In this document: one piece after another, positions 1-7,900 of the stretch
Layout: the number at the start of each line of letters is the position of its first letter
Numbering within the stretch: the stretch's first letter is position 1
Assembly: GCA_050952805.1 (NCBI GenBank)
Contig: JBMNLM010000001.1
Location: forward strand, 397,713 to 461,712
Source: Bacilli bacterium
GTDB taxonomy: Bacteria > Bacillota_I > Bacilli_A > RFN20 > CAG-826
Length of the DNA stretch: 64,000 bases
Reading direction: 5' to 3'
Position numbers and translations under genes: made by a program
Notes under the pieces: model-generated
Databases searched by the model: none
What the model was told of the DNA's origin: nothing
The model's input: the letters and a program-made list of their open reading frames with translations, nothing else

Positions 1-1593
1 ACTCATAAATAGTGAACTAGTAAATCCACCAAAATCAACATTTTTATAAAGCCAAAGGAAGAGTTCCGCTGGTGTTCTTCTTGGTAGTGTTTCTACTTTT
101 ACTTCCGCTAGATAGTACTGAAATTCTTTAATCGGCATGCATGATGGGTGCGGTTTAAAGTAAAAGACTGCACCGTTTTCATCTGGAGTTAGGCGGCGTG
201 AACGATAACTAAGTTTTGCGTCCTTATAACTTTCTTTTTGTTTGTTAACAACTTTGCCGTTAAACTCGCCAAATCCGGCTTCGATTACTGCAAAAGCCTT
301 GTTATTTTCGTTATATAAAGTAATTTCTTTTGTCTTTGAATCATATTTTGCTTCAAATTCAAAAGAACGTACGACATTGTAATATTCAATCGTTTGATCA
401 ATATAAGATTTATTAAACTCCAGTTGTTGTTCGCCAATTGTTATATCATTTGTTTTAAAGTCACGAGTTCCTGTAATAACAACTGGTTGCTTAGAAGGTT
501 CAATAAATTTACTTTCAAAGTAGGCGATTGCTTCATCTAATGTTTTTAAATTATTGTCATTATCGTAGTAGTATTCACCAGTTTCTTCGTTATATGAATA
601 AGCAAGCGCACCTGCCATAAACGATTTACGTGCGAAAGTTTGGAGTTCTTCACTCATTGCAAAGAAGATTTCTCCTGGTTGAACTTTACCAATGCTATCA
701 AGCATTTTAGTGCGGTCAGCTTTTACACTACTTGCATCGTTTTCTAAAAGTTCTGGGAATTGCATTAAATGATTAACGTTAGGATAATTTGCATCAAGCA
801 TAAAAGCAAGACGGTCTAAACCTCTAGCCGTTCCTTCTAACTTATAATTTTCATTAAGTTCAGTTCCAGGTTGAACAAAATTAATGTAAAAGTCGTTAAC
901 TGCACGATTTTCTTCGTTTTCGTATTCACCCAAAACTTCTTCAAAATAGGATTTTTGTGCACTATAAATGTCGTTATCAAGTCTATCTTTATAAAAACTA
1001 TACGTACCGGTTCCATCACTTAATAAAGTAACGTTTAAATCCGCGAAGTTAACACCACTTTGAACCATGATGTCTAAAATTAGACTAACTGTTAGGTCGT
1101 TAATATAGAGATGGAATTTGGCTTCGCTATCGGCCGCGATAATTTCCCTTACTTTTTCACGCATTGCTAAATATTCGTATTTACTAACGCGATTATCAAG
1201 TGTTTGACCTGGTAGAAATTCAAAATTTGGGAAATTATCTTTTGTGTATTGAACGCTAAAAGTATTACCACGTTCAAACCAAAAGTACGTATTTTCTGCG
1301 TTTGCGGTGTACGCAATTAGCGAACCATAAAGAACAGGCATCGTTCCAGTAAGGACAAAAAAGACGTAATCGTGATCGTCATATTCGGGAATTACATAAT
1401 CAAATGGCGGTTGTTCTTCTTTGTTCTTCTTTGAAACGACTTGATGTGTTCTCATATCATAAAGTTCGTTTTGGAAAATAACGTAAGGGCTATCTTCGCC
1501 ATTAACGTAAGTTTCACTTGTTACCGTCTCCTTATTACAGCCACTTAACGTAAGAAGGCCAATAAGAAGGGGAATAAATTTTTTGAGTTTCAT
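1..1593 (-). CDS. Lipoprotein of unknown function. The N-terminus is in the window and the C-terminus lies beyond the window start.
   Basis: Minus-strand frame stays open from ATG at 1591-1593 to the window edge. The N-terminus MKLKKFIPLLIGLLTLSGC is a signal peptide with a lipobox. No catalytic motif was recognised. Confidence 0.55.
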   Translation of the reverse strand, partial: MKLKKFIPLLIGLLTLSGCNKETVTSETYVNGEDSPYVIFQNELYDMRTHQVVSKKNKEEQPPFDYVIPEYDDHDYVFFVLTGTMPVLYGSLIAYTANAENTYFWFERGNTFSVQYTKDNFPNFEFLPGQTLDNRVSKYEYLAMREKVREIIAADSEAKFHLYINDLTVSLILDIMVQSGVNFADLNVTLLSDGTGTYSFYKDRLDNDIYSAQKSYFEEVLGEYENEENRAVNDFYINFVQPGTELNENYKLEGTARGLDRLAFMLDANYPNVNHLMQFPELLENDASSVKADRTKMLDSIGKVQPGEIFFAMSEELQTFARKSFMAGALAYSYNEETGEYYYDNDNNLKTLDEAIAYFESKFIEPSKQPVVITGTRDFKTNDITIGEQQLEFNKSYIDQTIEYYNVVRSFEFEAKYDSKTKEITLYNENNKAFAVIEAGFGEFNGKVVNKQKESYKDAKLSYRSRRLTPDENGAVFYFKPHPSCMPIKEFQYYLAEVKVETLPRRTPAELFLWLYKNVDFGGFTSSLFMS

Positions 1594-1656
1594 TTTTCTA
1601 ACCTCTTAATAGATTAATAACATAACTATTATATAGTAAAAATCTAAAACTAAATA

Positions 1657-1680
1657 AAAAGCGTGCATTTTGCACGCTTT
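1657..1680 (-). terminator. Rho-independent terminator downstream of tRNA-Ala
   Basis: Hairpin GCGTGCA-TTT-TGCACGC followed by a T-run when read on the minus strand. Confidence 0.5.
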
Positions 1681-1690
1681 AATAGCTTAT

Positions 1691-1766
1691 TGGTGGAGCT
1701 GACGAGGATCGAACTCGCTACCTCCTCCATGCCATGGAGGCGCTCTCCCAGGTGAGCTACAGCCCC
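1691..1766 (-). tRNA. tRNA-Ala (anticodon GGC)
   Basis: 76-nt cloverleaf on the reverse complement with the Ala-identity G3:U70 pair, anticodon loop AUGGCAU and a CCA end. Confidence 0.8.
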
Positions 1767-1855
1767 AATAACGCTCAATAATTCTAAGTTATGTTATCAA
1801 ACTTGTCAATATAATTAAGAGTTATTTTAGATTGATATTTATCTAATTTTGTTAT

Positions 1856-2524
1856 TTATTCTTGAGCGTTTTCGCTAGTTTCTACTTCTTTAAAGGCTTT
1901 TCCAAAAGGGAGAGTTAAAAGTAGACCGATGTAGTTACCTGCTAATAAGAGTAAGAGATGAAGGATACCTTTTCCAGTAAATAGTTTATGGGAAAGGGAA
2001 ATATACATTAATTCACTAATATAGGGGGAGCTTCCCATAGCGACATAAGCAAAGGCAATTACAAACGTAATTAAATAGTGATGACTCTTCTTCTTTGTTC
2101 CTTTAATTGCTAGTTTCATAATGCCAATACATAAGCCTGTAACGATCGCTAAACCAATAACGCTAAGAGGATGAGCGCTCATTTTTTCCTCTATTAAATA
2201 ATCGACTGTGTTCCCGTATTTATTTCCATAAATTGAGAAGCGAATTAAGTTTCCTAGTAATCCAATCGTTAAAAGACTTACAAAAAAGCCAATTAAGACG
2301 TCGACGATATGCTCGCTTACTTTACCTTCAACGTGGACTGATTCAGTCATAAAGAAATAATTATAAATAAAGACTCCAATTCCGTAAATTAAGCCATATA
2401 CAAGAGCACCAATTAAATAATTATAGTAGTGATAGGCAATGACGTTACCTAGCGCGGCCATTGCAACAATTATTCCATTTACTATGCTTCCTGATATTAC
2501 TTTTAAAACTCTTTTTTTACGCAT
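1856..2524 (-). CDS. Hypothetical polytopic membrane protein
   Basis: ORF with at least 6 predicted hydrophobic helices. The preferred start is ATG at 2522-2524 (MRKKRV), preceded by the RBS AAAGGGGAAA. The longer ORF-track start at 2572 lacks an RBS. Confidence 0.45.
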   Translation of the reverse strand: MRKKRVLKVISGSIVNGIIVAMAALGNVIAYHYYNYLIGALVYGLIYGIGVFIYNYFFMTESVHVEGKVSEHIVDVLIGFFVSLLTIGLLGNLIRFSIYGNKYGNTVDYLIEEKMSAHPLSVIGLAIVTGLCIGIMKLAIKGTKKKSHHYLITFVIAFAYVAMGSSPYISELMYISLSHKLFTGKGILHLLLLLAGNYIGLLLTLPFGKAFKEVETSENAQE

Positions 2525-2639
2525 TTTAATTTTCCCCTTTTTATTACTTTTAACCGCTTTTGAGTATAGCATAATTACACTATTTTTTATATATCACTTG
2601 TGTGTAAATTTTCTCGTGTTTTTATCATACTTTAATCTA

Positions 2640-2668
2640 TTGATTAAGAAACAACGTTATGGTATATT
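2640..2668 (+). promoter_or_regulatory. Sigma-A-type promoter for the riboswitch-antiporter operon
   Basis: -35 TTGATT at 2640-2645, a 17-nt spacer and -10 TATATT at 2663-2668. Confidence 0.5.
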
Positions 2669-2669
2669 C

Positions 2670-2795
2670 GTAGGGAATCTCCGAATCTATAAATTTGAGT
2701 GGGGGACCCAAATTAACTTGGGGTGAATTAACTAGAGTTAAGAGGACACTTACTGTCCTTAACCCGTCAGCTAACCTCATAGGAGTTATTAAGGC
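2670..2795 (+). promoter_or_regulatory. Candidate c-di-AMP riboswitch (ydaO-yuaA/kimA class) in the 5' leader of the CPA2 antiporter gene
   Basis: Ordered conserved blocks GGGGGACCCA (2701-2710), GGGGUGAAUU (2720-2729) and CCCGUCAGCUAACCUCAUAGGAG (2763-2785) match the remembered core of the ydaO motif. The element sits between a promoter and an RBS/ATG at 2813-2828. Identified from memory of the motif, not by a covariance search. Confidence 0.6.
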
Positions 2796-2825
2796 CTTAA
2801 TATTTATAGATTTGGAGGAAAGTGT

Positions 2826-4154
2826 ATGGAATTAATTTTCAAAGTAGCGGTCGTCTTAATCGTTGGTTTTATTGGTGGTCGACTTGCTAGATTACTTAAA
2901 TTGCCTGATGTGTCAGGCTATTTAATTATGGGTCTATTTCTTGGACCATCTTTATCGATCATATTTCGCGGTTACGAAGGGTTTATAACGTCTGATGATC
3001 AACATACGTTAAAGTTTATTAGCGAAATGGCTCTTGCCTTTATTGCCTTTTCAATAGGGAGCGAATTTAACTTTAAACAAGTTAAGAAAATGGGCAAGCA
3101 AATTAACATCATTACGATATTTGAGGTGCTTTTTGCAATACTTGGCGTGTTTATTATCTTATTTTTTATTCCAAAACCAGGGCCAATTATGCCAGATGGT
3201 TATGACCCGTTTACAAAAGAAAACATCGCTTTTGGTCTTGTTTTAGGGTCAATGAGTGCTGCGACGGCGCCGGCGGCAACGCTAATGGTAATTCGTCAAT
3301 ACCGTGCCTATGGGCCTGTTACTAAGTCACTTCTTCCTGTCACTGCCTTAGATGATATTTACGGTATCGTTGCCTTTGGTTTTGCTTTTTCTATAGCACA
3401 AATCCTAACTTCAACGAGTGATATTCCTATTGCACTAATGATTGCAAAACCATTTATTGAAGTAATCGGGTCGGTGCTTATTGGTATGATCCTTGGCTAC
3501 GTTTTATCTAAACTCGCTAACGTGATGGAGAAATCGCGCGATGACTTACAAGTTCTTTCAATCGCCACGATTCTTCTTTCAATTGGCATTATCTATTTAT
3601 TAAATAAATGGTTGAGTCAGTACGCCATCGCGCTTTCTTCCCTGCTTAGTAGTATTACATTAGGAACAATGATTGCGAATCTCGTGAAGAAACCACATAA
3701 CACATTTTCTAGTGTTAACGATTTTACAACGCCGTTTTATGTTCTTTTCTTTACTCTAGCAGGAGCATCACTTGACCTAAGAATTTTAGGACAAAGTGCT
3801 TTAATTGCAATTCTTGCAGTTAGCTACATTTTAGCTAGAGGCTTTGGTAAGTATTTAGGCGCTAGAACAGGGGCAACGATTGCAAAATCAGAAAAAACTG
3901 TGCAAAAATACCTTGGTTTAGCTTTGCTACCCCAAGGTGGGGTATCCCTAGGCCTTCTCGTTATGGTTCAAGCACAGATGCCGGAGTTTTATCCGCTAAT
4001 TTCTACAATAATTATGTTAAGTATCTTGTTTTATGAAACGAGTGGGCCAATTTTTGCTAAAATTGCTATTAGTAAAGCAGGAGAAATTAATGGCCTTGAT
4101 AAACTTGAATTACTTTCAAGTATTGAAGGCATTGAAGCAGTTGAGGAGGTATAA
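2826..4154 (+). CDS. Cation:proton antiporter, CPA2 (Na+/H+ exchanger, Pfam PF00999-like) family, with no fused RCK domain
   Basis: 442-aa ORF with about 12 TM segments. The GYLIMGLFLGPSL and LALLPQGGVSLGL regions are typical of Kef/NapA-type exchangers. RBS GGAGGA 8 nt upstream. Confidence 0.8.
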   Translation: MELIFKVAVVLIVGFIGGRLARLLKLPDVSGYLIMGLFLGPSLSIIFRGYEGFITSDDQHTLKFISEMALAFIAFSIGSEFNFKQVKKMGKQINIITIFEVLFAILGVFIILFFIPKPGPIMPDGYDPFTKENIAFGLVLGSMSAATAPAATLMVIRQYRAYGPVTKSLLPVTALDDIYGIVAFGFAFSIAQILTSTSDIPIALMIAKPFIEVIGSVLIGMILGYVLSKLANVMEKSRDDLQVLSIATILLSIGIIYLLNKWLSQYAIALSSLLSSITLGTMIANLVKKPHNTFSSVNDFTTPFYVLFFTLAGASLDLRILGQSALIAILAVSYILARGFGKYLGARTGATIAKSEKTVQKYLGLALLPQGGVSLGLLVMVQAQMPEFYPLISTIIMLSILFYETSGPIFAKIAISKAGEINGLDKLELLSSIEGIEAVEEV

Positions 4155-4156
4155 TT

Positions 4157-4513
4157 ATGCAAATTCTATTTATTGTTTTAAATGATTTATCACACTTACA
4201 AGAAATTTTAGAAATTTTTATTGAGCAAAAAGTTCGGGGAGCTACAATCCTTGATAGCGAAGGAATGGCAAAAGCCGTTTTAGAATCGCAAGGTTTAAAC
4301 TTTTTGTTAGATGGACCTTTTGCAAAAACTCTACCTGAAAAAGTTAATGGTTCAAAAACCATCTTTACTGTTATTCCTGAAGATGAAAAAGTTGGTGAGG
4401 TAGTCGAGGCTATTCAAAGTGCGCTAACTGATACTGATGAAAAAGTCATTGGTTTTATGTTTACGCTTCCAGTTTCTGGTATTTATCCTTTAAAACCAAA
4501 AAAGACAAAATAA
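4157..4513 (+). CDS. PII-like (GlnB-fold) signalling protein resembling DarA/PstA c-di-AMP receptors
   Basis: 118-aa protein. The N-terminal ILFIVLNDLSHLQEILEIFIEQKVRGATILDSEGMAKA region follows the PII/DarA beta-alpha-beta pattern (compare DarA [37 protein letters not shown]). It starts 3 nt after the antiporter stop. Similarity was judged by eye. Confidence 0.55.
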   Translation: MQILFIVLNDLSHLQEILEIFIEQKVRGATILDSEGMAKAVLESQGLNFLLDGPFAKTLPEKVNGSKTIFTVIPEDEKVGEVVEAIQSALTDTDEKVIGFMFTLPVSGIYPLKPKKTK

Positions 4514-4657
4514 GTTTTAACTATTAATCCTCCTCTTACTTGTTCTTCTTGCTTTCACTTGAAAAGTCATATTATTATCGGCTCAGATTGATTATTTTAT
4601 TTATGATAATCAGTCAAAATAATATCTTATTTTAGAGCGGTTTAGAAAACAAAACAG

Positions 4658-4686
4658 TTGCAAAACCGGCATCAAAGTTAGAAAAT
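4658..4686 (+). promoter_or_regulatory. Candidate promoter for tRNA-Arg
   Basis: -35 TTGCAA at 4658-4663, a 17-nt spacer and -10 GAAAAT at 4681-4686. The tRNA begins 9 nt later. Confidence 0.4.
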
Positions 4687-4694
4687 ATGGCTAT

Positions 4695-4771
4695 GGTGCA
4701 TTAGCTCAGTTGGATAGAGCATTCGCCTCCTAAGCGGAAGGTCCCCTGTTCGAGTCAGGGATGCATCGCCA
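4695..4771 (+). tRNA. tRNA-Arg (anticodon CCU)
   Basis: 77-nt cloverleaf with anticodon loop CUCCUAA, T-arm GTTCGAGTC and a CCA end. Confidence 0.8.
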
Positions 4772-4776
4772 TTAAG

Positions 4777-4804
4777 AAAACGAGAAAATTTCTCGTTTTT
4801 TTTT
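4777..4804. terminator. Bidirectional rho-independent terminator between the convergent tRNA-Arg and tRNA-Pro/polC transcripts
   Basis: Hairpin AAAACGAGA-AAATT-TCTCGTTTT flanked by A- and T-runs. Confidence 0.6.
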
Positions 4805-4812
4805 AATAAAAA

Positions 4813-4889
4813 TGGTCGGAACGATGAGATTTGAACTCACGACCTTCTGGTCCCGAACCAGACGCACTACCAAGCTGTGCTACGTCCCG
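4813..4889 (-). tRNA. tRNA-Pro (anticodon CGG)
   Basis: 77-nt cloverleaf on the reverse complement with anticodon loop UUCGGGA and a CCA end. It is identical to the tRNA at 55262-55338 except for the anticodon stem-loop. Confidence 0.8.
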
Positions 4890-4920
4890 ACAATATACTA
4901 TTTGTAATTATAAATAAGTA

Positions 4921-7900
4921 TTAAAAGAAATCAAATAAATTAAGTTGGTTGGTTTCTGGTAATCCTTTTAACACGCCAAGTTCACGCATTCTGTCAATAT
5001 TTTGTGAATTAAGTTTTGTTCGTTCAACTAAGTCTTGGACACTCGTAAACGGTCCGTCTTTTCTTGCTTCTATAACTGTTACAGCGGTATTTTCTCCTAG
5101 CCCATCAATTGTAATAAAGGGTGGGATCAATTTGCCGTTTTCTTTATCGACAATAAAGTTAAGTGCATCACTTTTATAAAGGTCAATATTTTCAAAAGAA
5201 TAGCCGCGATCTAGCATTTCAAGTGCAATTTGCAAGGTTCTTTTAACATCTTCTTCTTTTTGGTCAGCCTTATCTCGTAATATTTTTTGTGATTCTTCTA
5301 GTCTTTTTCTAATTGCTTTAGTGCCACTAATCATTGCTTGAATATCGTATTGCTTTGAGCGAACGCTAAAGAAAGTCGCGTAATATTCTAGAGGATAATA
5401 AAGTTTAAAGTAGGCAACACGAAACGCCATCATGACGTAGGCTGTAGCGTGCGCTCTTGGGAACAAGTATTTAATCATATTGAAACTATCAATATAGTAA
5501 TTTGGAACACCTTTTTGCCTTAATAAACTTAAATATTGATTTTGAACGCCTCTTCCTTTTCTTACGCTTTCCATAATATTAAAGGCAATACTAGGTTCAA
5601 CTTCTTTTTCGATTAGATATGTCATGATGTCATCACGACATCCAATAACACCGTCTAGATTTGTTTTTCCAGTCTTAATAAGTTTTTCAGCGTTATTTGC
5701 CCAGACATCAGTACCGTGACTTAGTCCTGAAATAATAATTAACTCATTAAATGACTTCGGTCTTGTGTCTTTTAGTAACCTTCTTACAAACGATGTTCCA
5801 AATTCAGGAATACCTAATGCACCAGTTTCTTCTTCTAAATAGTTTTTACTTAGTTTTAATTCTTTTACAGATGAAAATAGTGATAATACTTTTTTATCTC
5901 CTAAAGGAATATCGTTAATGTCAACGCCCGTTAATTCGCTCATCATTTTTAAAGCAAGCGGATCAACGTGACCAAGAAGGTCAAACTTTAAAATGTTGTC
6001 ATGAATTGCATGATAATCAAGGTGTGTTGTTTTCCATGTTGCATCGATATCATTTGCAGGATATTGAACAGGAGTGAAATCATGAATATCAAAATTTTCC
6101 GGCACGATAATGATTCCGCCAGGGTGTTGACCTGTTGTTCTTTTAACTTCATTTATTCCGCTTGCAACATAGTCAATTTGTGCTTTAGGTAAGGTTGATA
6201 AATCATATTTTGCTCGTTCATAAAAGCCAAGAGCAAATCCGTATGCCGTTCTTTCTTTAATTGTATCAATAGTTCCAGCACGGAAAACTTTATCTTCTCC
6301 AAGAAGTTCACGCGTATATTCGTGAGCGCGAGCTTGATAGTCACCGGGGAAGTTTAAGTCAATATCAGGAACTTTATCGGCTTTAAAACCTAGGAACGTT
6401 TCAAAAGGAATATTTTGCCCGTCACTAATCAAAGGTGTATCGCACAGTGGACACTTCTTAGGAGGTAGGTCAAAACCACTTTTATAGTCTCCTTCTGGTT
6501 CAAAGTCTGTATATTTACAATTTGGACAACGATAGTGCGGTTTAAGAGGGTTAACTTCGGTAATTCCTGCCATAGTCGCGACAAAACTAGATCCAACTGA
6601 ACCTCTAGAACCTACGACATAACCATCATCGTTTGCCTTTTTAACAATTTTATATGACAAATAGTAAATAACGGCGTAGCCATTTGAAATAATCCCTTCA
6701 AGTTCGCGATCTAATCTTTGTTTAACGATAAATGGTAAATTTTCGCCATATAATTTATGGGCATTTTCAAAAACTAAATCATGAAGAAGGACGTCAACAT
6801 TTTCAATTTCAGGCGTATAGAGCTTATTTTTTAGCGGTCTAACACTTTCGATTTGATTAGCGATTAAATGCGTGTTTTCAATAACGTATTCTTTTGCTTC
6901 TTCAAGTGAGAAAATTTCTGGTTTTACAAAAGCATCTAACATTTCTTGCGTTGAGCGATAATGTTGATCAGGATTTTCAAAAGGCGCCATATTATCTCTT
7001 TCAAAAGGATAGAGGGCGTGTGGAACTTTACCAACAGCTTTAGCAGAAATTAAAACGTCTCTAAAAATCTTATCTTCAGGGTTTTCATAGTGAACGTCAC
7101 CTGTGACCACAAGAGGTTTTCCTGCAATTCGTGCCGCTTTTGCAATGTCTTTTAGAAAAATGTAGAGTTTTTCTTCACTTTCAATTTTATTCATATGTAG
7201 TAAATGTGAATAGTTTGCAGGCGGTTGAATTTCTATATAATCATAAAAACTCATAACGTCTACGAGTTTCTTTTCGCTTCGCGTCATAGCGGTTTGGAAT
7301 ATTTCTCCGTTAAAACAGGCAGGACTAATAAGAAGATTTTCACGATATTTCTCAAGTATAGTTCTAGGAATTTTTGGAACTTCTGCTAAGTAGTCAATAT
7401 GCGAAAGGGAAATTAGTTCATATAAATCTTTTATTCCTTGTTGGTTTTTCGCTAAAGCAATAACGTGATAAGGCATAAGATGCTTATAAATTACGTTATC
7501 AATTTTTAGCGAACTTAAATCTAAGTGTCGTAAGTTTTGATTATCTAAAGTAAGTTTAACGAGCATTGCTTGCCAAACTTCATTTAGCACTTGTGCGTCA
7601 TAATCTGCCCTGTGAGCTTGCGAACGATCATAAATTACTTCAAAGTTTCTTGCCAAAGCTCCTAAATTATGACTTCCTGATTCTGGAAATAAGTAGCGCG
7701 ACAAGGGGAGCGTATCAATTACAGGATTATTTAGAGGTTTTCTCCCCATATCGATTAAAGCTTGATTTAAAAAGCCAACATCAAATTGTGCGTTATGAGA
7801 AACAAGGATTGTGTCGCCAATAAAAGCTAAAATTCTGTCAATTACCGTTTCAATTAACGGTTCATTGTATAGCATCGCCGGTGTAATTCCTGTTAATTCA

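Noticed and set aside
2439-2726. 95-aa plus-strand ORF in the six-frame track
   Set aside because: It overlaps the 3' end of the upstream minus-strand membrane-protein gene, the promoter and the riboswitch-like leader. It has no RBS and low-complexity hydrophobic content, so it is almost certainly a chance ORF in AT-rich DNA.
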